From: an uncultured Chloroflexia bacterium
Lineage (GTDB): Bacteria > Chloroflexota > Limnocylindria > Limnocylindrales > CSP1-4
Assembly (NCBI GenBank): GCA_963709605.1
Contig: CAVPWX010000006.1
Span: 9,110-73,109 of the forward strand
Length of the DNA stretch: 64,000 bases
Direction: 5' to 3'
Below, piece by piece: positions 19,532 to 28,522 of this stretch (positions are counted from its first letter, which is position 1; every line of letters begins with the position of its first letter). The notes below the pieces were generated by a model. It was given only the letters and a program-made list of their open reading frames with translations, made no database searches and had not been told where the DNA came from. The translations under genes and the position numbers were made by a program.

Positions 19532-20845
19532 CTACCGGGGGCGGATGACGTCCGTGCCGAGGGTGCCGCGGAGCGGGTCCGGGACGACGACGCTCCCGTC
19601 GGGCTGCTGGTACGTCTCGAGGATCGCCGCGACCACGCGGGCGAGCGCGAGCCCCGAGCCGTTGAGCGTGTGGACCAGCTCCGGCTTCGCGCCCGGTGCC
19701 GGCCGGTGGCGGATCGCCATCCGGCGGGCCTGGTAGTCCCGGAAGTTCGAGCAGGAGGAGACCTCCAGCCAGCGCTCGACGCCGGGGGCCCAGACCTCGA
19801 GGTCGTACTTCCTGGCCTGGACGAAGCCCATGTCGCGGGTCGCCATGAGGAGCACCCGGTAGGCGAGCCCGAGGCGGCGCAGGAGGTCCTCCGCCCGCCC
19901 GGTCATCCATTCGAGCGCGTCGTTGCTCGTCTCCGGGCGCTCGAACAGCACCATCTCGACCTTGTCGAACTGGTGGACGCGCAGGATCCCGCGGGTGTCC
20001 TTGCCGGCCGCCCCGGCCTCGCGCCGGAAGCATGGCGTGTAGGCGGCGTAGCGGACCGGCAGCGCGCCGGCTTCGAAGATCTCGTCGCGGTGGAGGTTCG
20101 TGACCGGGACCTCGGCCGTGGGGACCAGGTAGAGCTCGTCGCGGGTGACGACGTACATCTGGTCTTCCTTGTCCGGGATCTGGCCGGTGCCCCGCGCCGA
20201 GGCGGTGTTGACGAGGGCCGGTGGCCAGATCTCGATGAAGCCGTTCTCCCGGGTGTGGACGCCGAGGAAGAAGTCGATGAGGGCGCGCTGGAGCGCCGCT
20301 CCGGCGCCCTTGTAGACGGGAAAGCCGGAGCCGGTGATCTTCGCCCCGCGCTCGAGGTCGATGATGTCGAGCGCCTCGGCGACCTCCCAGTGGGGCCTGC
20401 GCGTCCAGCCGCCGCCGGGGCCGGCCGCGACGTTGGGGAGCAGGTCGCCCCAGGTCCGGACCGTGACGTTCGCGTCCGCGTCGCCGACCGGCACGTCGGG
20501 ATCGGCCGGGTTGGGGATCCGCAGGAGGACGTCCTCGAGCTGCCCCTCGACCGCGGCTGCCTCCGCGTCGAGGGCCGCGATCCGCTCACCGGCGGCGACC
20601 GAGGCGGCTTTCAGCGCCGCGACCTCGGGGCCATCGGGAGCGGCCCCGCCGCGGATCGCCTCGCCGACCCGCCGGGAGACGGCGTTCCGCTCCGCCTTGA
20701 GGCCGTCGGCCTCGCCGAGGAGGAGGCGGCGGCGGGCGTCGAGGTCCAGGGCCACGTCGATGAGCGAGGCGTCCTCGCCCTTGTCGAGCGCGCCCTGCCG
20801 GATGACCTCCGGCTCCTCGCGGAGCCGCTGCACCCCGACGCTCAT
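19532..20845 (-). CDS. serS: Seryl-tRNA synthetase
   Basis: 437 aa starting MSVGVQRLREEPEVIRQG.. (coiled-coil arm). Class II motifs are present: TAEVPVTNLHRDEI, FRREAGAAGKDTRGILRVHQFDKVE and LNGSGLALARVVAAILE. RBS GAGGAGG lies upstream, and the ATG overlaps the lysK stop (ATGA). Confidence 0.93.
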   Translation of the reverse strand: MSVGVQRLREEPEVIRQGALDKGEDASLIDVALDLDARRRLLLGEADGLKAERNAVSRRVGEAIRGGAAPDGPEVAALKAASVAAGERIAALDAEAAAVEGQLEDVLLRIPNPADPDVPVGDADANVTVRTWGDLLPNVAAGPGGGWTRRPHWEVAEALDIIDLERGAKITGSGFPVYKGAGAALQRALIDFFLGVHTRENGFIEIWPPALVNTASARGTGQIPDKEDQMYVVTRDELYLVPTAEVPVTNLHRDEIFEAGALPVRYAAYTPCFRREAGAAGKDTRGILRVHQFDKVEMVLFERPETSNDALEWMTGRAEDLLRRLGLAYRVLLMATRDMGFVQARKYDLEVWAPGVERWLEVSSCSNFRDYQARRMAIRHRPAPGAKPELVHTLNGSGLALARVVAAILETYQQPDGSVVVPDPLRGTLGTDVIRPR

Positions 20846-22527
20846 CCCTTGGCCTCCTCGCTCGTGGCCTGCCCGCCGGCCGGGGGCCCATCGCTGGCCG
20901 GGGGTCCGTCCGGCGTGCCCACGTCGTCGACCACGTGATGATGCCAGCCGGCGGCGGCCCGCAGGCGGCCGACGACGAATTCCCGGTCCAGGCTGGCCAG
21001 CAGCCAGCCCGCCCGGGGCCCGTTCGGCCGGCCCAGGAAGGCGAGGTAGACGGCGCCGAAGGCGCGCCCGGCCGGCAGACCGGCCTCGCCGGCGACGCGG
21101 AAGAGGAGGTCCTGCCAGGCGTCGCCGCCATGCGGTCCCTCCTTCTCGGCCGCGATCGCGAGCCCTCCCAGGAAGACCCGCTGGTCCTCGCCGAGGGCGG
21201 TCGCCTCCGGCGGGGGCGCGTCGCGGCGCACCCGGACGACCGCGCTCTCGGGCGCATAGGCGTCGAGCCACGCGCGCGCGGCGGCGAGGCGCTCGGCGAG
21301 GGTCAGCTCCTCGGCGATCGTGAGCGGGACGCCCTTCTCCTCGGCGACCCGCGCGGCGATGTCGACGCCGGGGATCTGGGCGAGGAGCGCGAGATGGGCG
21401 AACGCCGGGCGGTAGGCCGCGGCGGCCTCGGCCGGGAGGGTCGCGGGGAGGAGAACGTAGCCGAAGAGCCGCTCCGGGTCCGGCGGCAGCTCCCCGCGGT
21501 AGGGGCGGCCGGCGACGGCAGCCGCGAGGCGGTCCAGCTCGTCGAAGAGGCGGGGGATGGCGTCGGTGCCCTCCGGGTCGAACTCGATCGCCTGGTTCGG
21601 CCGGGGCCTCAGGAAGAGCAGCCGCAGCGCCTCCGGCGGGAGGACCTCGGCCATCTTGTGGGCGGACGCGCCGCGGCCCTTGGAGGTGGACATCTTGCGC
21701 CCGCCGATGTTGAGGAACTCGTAGGCGAGGTTGCGCGGCGGCTCGCGGTCGAAGACCTCGCGGGCGAGCGCGTCTGAGCGGTCGCGCGACCCGCCGGCGG
21801 TCGCGAGGTCCTTGCCGCAGGGCTCGATCGTCACGCCGAAGAGGCTCCATTGGGCAGCCCACTCGAGGTTCCAGGGGAGCTTCGCCGCGCCGCCGAACGG
21901 CGCGATCCGGCCGCTCGCGCCGCAGCCGCGGGCCCAGGTGACGTAGTCGGGGCGGCATTCGAAGGCGACCGTCTCGCCGTCCCAGGCGGTGGCGATCGTC
22001 GTGCCGACCTTGCCGCAGACGGGGCAGACGACGTGGACCGGCAGCCAGCCCTCGGGCCGCTCCACCTTGCTCACGCGGCGGTAGACGTCGCGGACGACCT
22101 GGGCCCGGTCGAGGGCGGTCCTGATGAGGGGGTCGATCTCGCCCGTCGGGTAGATGTCGCTCATCCAGTAGTAGCGGTCGGGGTGGATCCCAAGGCCGGC
22201 GAAGGTCTCGATGAAGACCCCCGCGAAATGGCGGGCGTAGCTGGCATGGCAGTCCCCGGCGGGGTCGGGGACATGGGCCAGCGGTCGTCCCATCTCCCGC
22301 TCCACGGCATCCGGGGTGAGGAGCGCCTGGGCGTCCATCGGGTCCATGTCGTCGACGCCGTAGAGGAGGGTCGCCGGGAGCCCGCGGTCGCGCAGGGCGC
22401 GGGTGATGACGTCGAGGATGACCGGGCCGCGGAGGCTGCCGACGTGGACGGTCCCGGACGGAGTCTTCGAGTCGTTGACGACCTGAGGTCCCTCGACCGA
22501 CGCGGCCAGCTCGTCCGCCCAGTACAT
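20842..22527 (-). CDS. lysK: Class I (archaeal-type) lysyl-tRNA synthetase
   Basis: 561 aa starting MYWADELAA... It carries KTPSGTVHVGSLRGPVILDVI (HIGH-type), DDMDP, a zinc knuckle VVCPVCGKVG...C and the KMSKS variant GRKMSTSKG. The C-terminus is a Pro/Gly-rich tail. Confidence 0.88.
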   Translation of the reverse strand: MYWADELAASVEGPQVVNDSKTPSGTVHVGSLRGPVILDVITRALRDRGLPATLLYGVDDMDPMDAQALLTPDAVEREMGRPLAHVPDPAGDCHASYARHFAGVFIETFAGLGIHPDRYYWMSDIYPTGEIDPLIRTALDRAQVVRDVYRRVSKVERPEGWLPVHVVCPVCGKVGTTIATAWDGETVAFECRPDYVTWARGCGASGRIAPFGGAAKLPWNLEWAAQWSLFGVTIEPCGKDLATAGGSRDRSDALAREVFDREPPRNLAYEFLNIGGRKMSTSKGRGASAHKMAEVLPPEALRLLFLRPRPNQAIEFDPEGTDAIPRLFDELDRLAAAVAGRPYRGELPPDPERLFGYVLLPATLPAEAAAAYRPAFAHLALLAQIPGVDIAARVAEEKGVPLTIAEELTLAERLAAARAWLDAYAPESAVVRVRRDAPPPEATALGEDQRVFLGGLAIAAEKEGPHGGDAWQDLLFRVAGEAGLPAGRAFGAVYLAFLGRPNGPRAGWLLASLDREFVVGRLRAAAGWHHHVVDDVGTPDGPPASDGPPAGGQATSEEAKG

Positions 22528-22603
22528 GGCTGCGTCCTCCGCTCCGGTGCGCCGGGCCCGGCCGCGGCGCCGGCCGCCCGACCCGGTCTTTCCGGGCGGG
22601 CGA

Positions 22604-23068
22604 TCAGCCGATCGAGGTGATCGTGTAGGTGAACTCCGAGCCGTTCGGAAGCTTGACGGTGACCTTCTCGCCGGCCTTCCGGCCAAGGAGGGCGCGGCCG
22701 ACGGGCGACTCGTTCGAGATCCGGCCCTGCGCAGGGCGCGCCTCCGCCGAGCCGACGATCGTGAACGTCTCGGTCCCGTCGCTCGACTCGACCTCGACGA
22801 CCGAGCCGAGCGCCACGTGCTCCGTGCCGCTGTTCTCGATGATCACGGCCGTCTTGAGCATCCCCTCGAGGGTCTGGATCCGACCTTCCACGAAGGCCTG
22901 CTCGTTCTTCGCCTCCTCGTACTCGGCGTTCTCCGAGAGGTCACCGTGCTCCTTCGCATCGTGGATCCGCGCGGCGACCTCGGCGCGCCGGTTGCCGACG
23001 AGCTCCGCGAGCTCCCTGCGGAGCTCTGCCTCGCCCTCGCGCGAGAGGTAGGTAGGCTTGTTGTTCAC
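22604..23068 (-). CDS. greA: Transcription elongation factor GreA
   Basis: The sequence reads ..LSREGEAELRRELAELV..RIHDAKEHGDLSENAEYEEAKNEQAFVEGRIQTLEGML.. followed by a C-terminal FKBP-like domain. I propose a GTG start at 23068. The start is uncertain because I see no clear SD. Confidence 0.88.
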   Translation of the reverse strand: MNNKPTYLSREGEAELRRELAELVGNRRAEVAARIHDAKEHGDLSENAEYEEAKNEQAFVEGRIQTLEGMLKTAVIIENSGTEHVALGSVVEVESSDGTETFTIVGSAEARPAQGRISNESPVGRALLGRKAGEKVTVKLPNGSEFTYTITSIG

Positions 23069-23303
23069 GGAGGAGCGGACCCCCAGCGATCTGTCGAGCC
23101 TGCTGCCGTGGTGGCCGGGCAGGGCGACGGTGAGGTGGCGGATAACGAAACGAACCCCGGGCTGCTGCCCGCTAGAGGCGCGCCCGAAGTCCGGCCGGCG
23201 GGGATCATAGACCCGCCCGTCGGGGAGCGTCAAACCGGGGGTCCCCGCGCAGGGTTTGGCGCCCCGGCCCTGGACTGGGCCGCGGCGCCGGGGCCCCACG
23301 ACC

Positions 23304-23349
23304 GGGGCGGGCTTCGCGGGGCGGGGCGGGCTTCGCGGGGCGGGGCGAG
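23304..23349. repeat. G-rich tandem repeat, 19-nt unit ggggcgggcttcgcggggc, 2.4 copies
   Basis: Read directly: exact copies at 23304-23322 and 23323-23341, then a partial ggggcgag. It lies in the 557-bp greA upstream region. Confidence 0.9.
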
Positions 23350-23551
23350 TCTCCGTGGCCCGTGCTTCGTGGGGCGAACGTCCTCGACACCGGACGGGAG
23401 CGCGCACGCCGGATTCCGTCGGTTCCATTCGCCCGAGGAACGGTCCCGATGCGCACGGCGGCATTCTGCAGGTGGCGTTCGCCACAGGAACGACGATGGC
23501 ACCGCGAGCGGCTGCCACGTGCGGATCGTTCGTGCTGTTGAAAGCCCGTGC

Positions 23552-23600
23552 CGGGATCCTTCGTGCCGCGCACGAAACCCGCGAACGCCCACGGATCCCG
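23552..23600 (-). promoter_or_regulatory. Nested hairpin: an 8-bp outer stem cgggatcc/ggatcccg enclosing a 6-7-bp hairpin ttcgtgc..gcacgaa, between the amidohydrolase stop and greA
   Basis: The stems were read directly. The structure lies 26-74 nt downstream of the stop at 23626. It could be a terminator or attenuator, or part of a greA leader. No U-tract is present. Confidence 0.35.
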
Positions 23601-23625
23601 CGAACGCACCTGCGCGGGCGGCGGG

Positions 23626-25215
23626 TCAGGGGCGGGCGCGCTCCCCGTAGCCGGCGAAGCGGCCGTCGGCGTCGCGCAGCACGGCTCGAACGCCCCGCAC
23701 CGCGTCGCGGCGGAGGTGCCCGTACACGTGGGGGTACGGGCGCCCGGGATCGTCGTAGCGCCAGGGGGCGCCGGCGAGAGCGAGGTCGAGGTCGAGCACG
23801 ATGAACGCCCCCGGCTCGCCGGCGTAGAAGCGGTTCGCCACCGCGAGCATCTCGTCGTCGCCGTCCGTGCAGTGGACGAAGCCCTCGGCCTCGAATGCGG
23901 CGGGCGCATAGCCGGCGGCCGGGTCGGGGTCCGCCCGCCAGGCATCCCAGCGCTCAGCCGGGACCAGGTGCAGCGTGACGTGGCCACCTGCCTCGCCGGG
24001 CAGCTCGCGGAAGAGGAGCCGCCGGGCGTTGCCCGCGTACACGAGCCGCAGGACCTCCGCGGGGAGCCCCAGGCCGTGGATCGCCCAGCGGCCCTGGGAG
24101 CCGACCGGGGGCGGCCCACCAGACGGGCCACCGGGCCGGGGCGGCCCACCAGACGGGCCACCGGGCGGCCCATCGGGCCGGGCGTCGGATCCGGGCGACG
24201 GCGGCTCCCCGTACGCGTCGCCGGCCTCCGGGTCGGGCGGCTCGTAGGCGAACGACTCGTCGCGCGTCTCGAGGAAGCGAGCGTAGATCGCCCACCAGGC
24301 GGGGTCGGGGGCCGCGTCGGTGCCGAAGAGGACCCGGTCCGCCCAGCGGACGACGAAGTCCCGCGCCGAGAACGGCTGGCGCCCGAGCTCGGCAATTCGC
24401 GCCGCGATGTCGACGTGCCAGTTCGGGTGCGCCGCGAGCATGGCGCCGACCCGCCCGAGATCCTCCGCGACGCAGCCCACGTGGGCTCCCACGAACGTCG
24501 TCCGCGGGTGGCGCGCCAGCAACGCCTCGAGACCGTCGATGATCTCCTCGAACGGTGGGAACCCCGGCAGGTCGGGGCGGTCCCGCGGCCGCGTCGGCCA
24601 GAAGTGCCAGTCCGGGTGCTCGCGGAGCTCCTCGTAGCGCTCGTTCATCGCGTCGAGCGGCTCGAAGAAGGCGATCGGGTCGGCGACGTGGATCGTGACC
24701 GGGATGCCCAGCTCCCCCGCCGCCGCCCAGAGGGGATCCAGCCGCGTGTCGTCGACGGCCACGATCCGGCCCGACCCGTCGCGCGCGGTCAGCCCGAGCG
24801 GCTTCCAGGCCTTCAGCCCGCGAGCGCCCGCGGCCACGCCGGCGCGCAGCCGTCGCGCCTCCTCCTCGCCGAAGTCGGGCCGCTCGGCCCACATCGGGTA
24901 GTCGAGACCGGCGAAGACGGCCACCCGGCCGCCGAGCGGCGTCCAGCGTTCGATCTCGCGCGCCAGCCCGGTGCCGCGGCCCCCGTCGAGGTCGACGATG
25001 CCGGTGATCGAGGAGGCGTCGAGGATGGGCCCCAGCTCGGAGGCCGTCGCGTCCGCCCAGCGCCCGGAGAAGGGCGTCGGCCCGAGGTGGTTGTGGGCGT
25101 CGATGGCCGGCATCGAGGGCCGGGCGACCGGCGTGGCCGGCACGCGCAGCTGCGAGCGTGGCCGGAAGTCGCGAAGGAGGAGGTCGTCGGGGGCGAACCG
25201 AACGGAATCGGCCAC
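23626..25215 (-). CDS. Metal-dependent amidohydrolase (Amidohydro_2-like TIM barrel) fused to a C-terminal DUF952 domain
   Basis: The N-terminal ~400 aa show MPAIDAHNHLG (HxH metal site), IPVTIHVADP, FVGAHVG and VLFGTDAAP. The C-terminal ~115 aa read LHLVPAERWDAW..GFVHCTDGDDEMLAVANRFYAG..FIVLDLDLALAGAPWRYDD..PYPHVYGHLRRDAV, which matches the DUF952 pattern. A Gly/Pro linker with a 10-aa tandem repeat lies inside the barrel region. Confidence 0.75.
   Translation of the reverse strand: MADSVRFAPDDLLLRDFRPRSQLRVPATPVARPSMPAIDAHNHLGPTPFSGRWADATASELGPILDASSITGIVDLDGGRGTGLAREIERWTPLGGRVAVFAGLDYPMWAERPDFGEEEARRLRAGVAAGARGLKAWKPLGLTARDGSGRIVAVDDTRLDPLWAAAGELGIPVTIHVADPIAFFEPLDAMNERYEELREHPDWHFWPTRPRDRPDLPGFPPFEEIIDGLEALLARHPRTTFVGAHVGCVAEDLGRVGAMLAAHPNWHVDIAARIAELGRQPFSARDFVVRWADRVLFGTDAAPDPAWWAIYARFLETRDESFAYEPPDPEAGDAYGEPPSPGSDARPDGPPGGPSGGPPRPGGPSGGPPPVGSQGRWAIHGLGLPAEVLRLVYAGNARRLLFRELPGEAGGHVTLHLVPAERWDAWRADPDPAAGYAPAAFEAEGFVHCTDGDDEMLAVANRFYAGEPGAFIVLDLDLALAGAPWRYDDPGRPYPHVYGHLRRDAVRGVRAVLRDADGRFAGYGERARP
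24108..24167. repeat. Tandem 30-nt duplication (29/30 identical) inside the amidohydrolase gene
   Basis: Two copies of ggggcggcccaccagacgggccaccgggcc. They encode the repeated PGGPSGGPPR segment. Confidence 0.9.
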
Positions 25216-25228
25216 GCGCGCGACTCCC

Positions 25229-26155
25229 CTACCCCTTGAGGCCGGACAGGGCGATGCCCCGCACGAAGTACTTCTGGGCGACGACGAAGAGCACGATCAT
25301 CGGCAGCAGGCTGAGCAGGGCGCCGGCCATCATCTCGGGCCACTTCCCCACGTGCTGGCCCTGGAAGAACGCGAGGCCGACGGTCGTCGTGTACTGGTCG
25401 AGGTCCTGCAGGTAGATGAGCGGGCTCAGCAGGTCGTTCCACGTCCACATGAAGGTGAAGATGGCGAGGGTCGCGAGGGCCGGCCGGGCCAGCGGCATGT
25501 AGATGCGGGTGAAGATCTGCCAGGGGTTCGCGCCGTCGACGCGGGCGGCGTCGGCCAGCTCCTGGGGGATCGCCAGGAAGAACTGGCGCAGGAGGAACGT
25601 CCCGAACGCGCCGCCCAGCCAGGCGCCGACCCACAGCGGCTCCATCGTCCCGATCCAGTTCCCGCTCTCGCTGAAGGGGTGCGGGAGCGTCCGGTACAGG
25701 ATGAAGTTGGGCACGAGGACGACCTGGAACGGGATGATGAGCGTGGCCAGGAGGATCCCGAAGAGCGGCCCCCGACCGCGGAACGGGATGACGGCGAAGG
25801 CGTAGGCGGCCATCGACGACGTCACCAGCTGCCCGGCGGTGCACAGGAGCGCGAGCTTGAGGGAGTTGGCGAAGAACGTCCCGAACGTGACGTCGTTCGG
25901 GAAGGCGTTCCACATGTTCGTGTAGTTCTCGAAGTGGAGGCCCGTCGGGAAGACCAGCGGCGACGTCCCGAACACCTCCGCCCGGGTCTTGAGCGACGTC
26001 ACGACCATCCAGAGGAACGGGATCATCATCACCAGGGCGCCGGCGACGAGGACCGCGTAGAGGAGGCCGTGGCGCGCCAGGCGCAGGGCCCGGCGGCGGC
26101 GGGGCCGGTAGGCCCGCGCGAGCCCGGGCGTCGCGGCCAGCGGCGGGGCGCTCAC
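25229..26155 (-). CDS. Carbohydrate ABC transporter permease (MalG/CUT1 type)
   Basis: Intact 308 aa with 6 TM segments and an EAA-type loop ELADAARVDGANPWQIFTRIYMPLARPAL. Confidence 0.88.
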   Translation of the reverse strand: MSAPPLAATPGLARAYRPRRRRALRLARHGLLYAVLVAGALVMMIPFLWMVVTSLKTRAEVFGTSPLVFPTGLHFENYTNMWNAFPNDVTFGTFFANSLKLALLCTAGQLVTSSMAAYAFAVIPFRGRGPLFGILLATLIIPFQVVLVPNFILYRTLPHPFSESGNWIGTMEPLWVGAWLGGAFGTFLLRQFFLAIPQELADAARVDGANPWQIFTRIYMPLARPALATLAIFTFMWTWNDLLSPLIYLQDLDQYTTTVGLAFFQGQHVGKWPEMMAGALLSLLPMIVLFVVAQKYFVRGIALSGLKG

Positions 26156-26179
26156 CGGACGGCGCTCATCGGACGGCGC

Positions 26180-27112
26180 TCACTGGTAGTGGACCCAGCG
26201 GCGCTGCGAGCGGAAGTAGACGAACGTCAGGACCGCGACGATCAGGAACAGGACCCACGAGGCCGCCGCCGCGTAGCCCATCTTGAAGTTCTTGAACCCG
26301 TTCTCGTAGATGAAGTAGACGAGGGTCACGGTCGCCTCGGTCGGCTTGCCGGGCCGCGCGAGGACGTAGACCTGGTCGAAGACCTGGAAGGCGCCGATGA
26401 GGGACAGGATCCCGGTGAAGAAGATGCTCGGCGTCAGCAGCGGCAGGGTGACGCTCCGGAGGCGGGCCCAGCGGCCGGCGCCGTCCACGGCGGCCGCGTC
26501 GTAGTACTCCTGCGGGATCGCCTGGAGGCCGGCGAGGAAGATGATCACGCTCGTTCCCAGGCCCTGCCAGACGCTCATCATCACGATCGCGGGCATCGCC
26601 CAGAACGGGTCGGAGACCCACTTCTGCGGGGGCAGGCCCAGCACGCCGATGAGCAGGTTGAGGATCCCGCCCGAGGGCGCGTAGATCCAGGCCCAGACGA
26701 GGCCGACCGCGGTCGCCGAGGTGACGACCGGGAGGAAGTAGGCCGTCCGGACCCAGGCGATGCCGCGGATCCCCCGGTTCAGGGCGAGGGCGAGCCCCAG
26801 GGCCAGCGTCATCCCCAGCGGGACGGAGACGACGGTGTAGAAGGTCGTGTTCCGCAGCGCCACCAGGAAGCGCTCGTCCTGCACGAGCGCGGCGTAGTTC
26901 TCCAGGGACACCCACTCCGGCGGCGTCAGCAGGTCCCACGCCGTGAGGCTGATCCCGAAGGTGGCCAGGATCGGCCCGGCCGACAGGATCGCGAGCCCGA
27001 TGAGGGTCGGGGCGAGGAACAGCCAGGCCCAGCGAGCCTCGGCGGCGACCGGACCGCCGCCGCGCCGGCGCGGGATGGGCCCCGGGGCGGCGCGGCGGCG
27101 GAGAGCGGTCAT
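26180..27112 (-). CDS. Carbohydrate ABC transporter permease (MalF/UgpA/CUT1 type)
   Basis: Intact 310 aa with an EAA-type loop EYYDAAAVDGAGRWARLRSVTLPLLTPSI. Confidence 0.88.
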   Translation of the reverse strand: MTALRRRAAPGPIPRRRGGGPVAAEARWAWLFLAPTLIGLAILSAGPILATFGISLTAWDLLTPPEWVSLENYAALVQDERFLVALRNTTFYTVVSVPLGMTLALGLALALNRGIRGIAWVRTAYFLPVVTSATAVGLVWAWIYAPSGGILNLLIGVLGLPPQKWVSDPFWAMPAIVMMSVWQGLGTSVIIFLAGLQAIPQEYYDAAAVDGAGRWARLRSVTLPLLTPSIFFTGILSLIGAFQVFDQVYVLARPGKPTEATVTLVYFIYENGFKNFKMGYAAAASWVLFLIVAVLTFVYFRSQRRWVHYQ

Positions 27113-27146
27113 CGGCGAACGTCGGCGAGGGGTCGCCGGGCGGCCG

Positions 27147-28505
27147 TCACTGGCTCGCGAGGACGGCGTCGAGCTGGGGCACCACGTCGGCGAGCGCCTG
27201 GGCCGCCGTCTTGTTGGGCGCGTTGAAGACCTCGACGTCGAGCTCGCCCTGGAGGATGGTGGTGAACTCGTTGTAGCCGCGGAAGGACGGCTTGAGGTTG
27301 GCGTAGCTCAGGCTGTCCGCGAGGACGTCGGCCCCCTCGAAGGAGGTGGCGTAGGGGCCCGCGAGGACCTCCTTGGAGACCGGCAGCGACGCCTGGAGAA
27401 GCATGAGCTGCTCCTGCGCCGCCGGGCTTGCCAGGTACTTGACGAACTCCCAGGCGGCGTCGGGCGCCTTGCTGCCCTTGTAGACGACGGCGCCGGTCGG
27501 GTTGACCGAGGTGTAGCGCCCGGCCGGGCCCTTGGGCAGCGGGGCGAGCCCGAACTCGAAGCCCAGGTCCTCCGCGGCCGCCGTGTGCGTCGGGACGAGC
27601 CATGAGCCGTTCGCCTCCATGGCCGCCTTGCCCTGCTCGAAGGCGTCGCCGGTCTCGGCGAAGAGCGCCGGGTCGGCCATGATCTTGTCCTTCCAGATCA
27701 GGTCCTGGAGGAACTGGATCCCCCCGGCGGCCTCGGGCGTGCCGAGGAGCGTCGTCGTGCGGTCGGCGCTGATGATGTCGCCGCCGTTCTGCCAGACGAG
27801 CGAGCTCCAGTAGTTCTCCATGTCCGTCGTCTCGGTGTAGAAGCCCCACTGGTCGACGGTGCCGTCGCCGTTGTCGTCCTTCGTGAGCGCCGTGCCGGCC
27901 TCGACGAGCTTGGCCCAGTCCCAGCTTTCGTCCGGATAGGCCAGCCCGGCCGCGTCGAACATCGACCTGTTGTAGTAGAGGATGATCGTGTTGAGGTCGC
28001 GCGGCAGGCCGTACTGGCCGCCGTCGGACGTGGTGAAGACGGCCACCCCCTGGTCGACCAGCTGGGTCAGGTCGAACGCGTCCCGCTCGACGTACGGCGC
28101 GAGGTCCAGCAGGACGTCGCGCGACTGGTAGTCCGGGAAGAGCGGGCCGTCCATCGCGAAGACGTCGGGCGCCGCGCCGCCGGCGAGCCCCGTCTGGAGC
28201 TTGTCCCAGTAGGCGTCCCAGTCGCTCACCGTGACGTCCACGGTGATCTTCGGGTTCGCGGAGTGGAAGGCGTCGACGATCGCCTGCTGGCTCCGCAGCT
28301 CGGCCGGGTCGCCCCAGATCGAGTAGGAGATCGTGACCTCGGGGCCCGTGTAGCCGCCCTCGGGGTTCGCCGAGGGCGCGCCGGATCCGGCCGGCGCCGC
28401 AGTCGGGGTCGGGCTGCCGCCCCCGCCGCAGGCGCCGGCCAGGAGGCCGGCGGCCGCGAGTGCGGTGAGCAGGCGGGGTGCGCGGGTCCGATGAAGCGTG
28501 TGCAT
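27147..28505 (-). CDS. Sugar ABC transporter substrate-binding lipoprotein (CUT1 family)
   Basis: The start MHTLHRTRAPRLLTALAAAGLLAGACGGG contains a lipobox. The body is typical of family-1 extracellular solute-binding proteins. GGAGGAGGA lies just upstream, and an alternative ATG is at 28511. Confidence 0.85.
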   Translation of the reverse strand: MHTLHRTRAPRLLTALAAAGLLAGACGGGGSPTPTAAPAGSGAPSANPEGGYTGPEVTISYSIWGDPAELRSQQAIVDAFHSANPKITVDVTVSDWDAYWDKLQTGLAGGAAPDVFAMDGPLFPDYQSRDVLLDLAPYVERDAFDLTQLVDQGVAVFTTSDGGQYGLPRDLNTIILYYNRSMFDAAGLAYPDESWDWAKLVEAGTALTKDDNGDGTVDQWGFYTETTDMENYWSSLVWQNGGDIISADRTTTLLGTPEAAGGIQFLQDLIWKDKIMADPALFAETGDAFEQGKAAMEANGSWLVPTHTAAAEDLGFEFGLAPLPKGPAGRYTSVNPTGAVVYKGSKAPDAAWEFVKYLASPAAQEQLMLLQASLPVSKEVLAGPYATSFEGADVLADSLSYANLKPSFRGYNEFTTILQGELDVEVFNAPNKTAAQALADVVPQLDAVLASQ

Positions 28506-28522
28506 CGCCATTCCTCCTCCGG

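Noticed and set aside
22528-22603. T-box or other leader riboswitch upstream of lysK-serS
   Set aside because: The gap to greA is only 76 nt, too short for a T-box. No specifier or T-box sequence elements were seen.
23304-24167. Possibility that the tandem repeats (19-nt, 30-nt and 14-nt units, and the 18-nt pair) represent a CRISPR array
   Set aside because: There are only two to three copies. The units are adjacent without spacers, or form a single pair. There is no array periodicity of 55-75 bp and no cas genes in the window.
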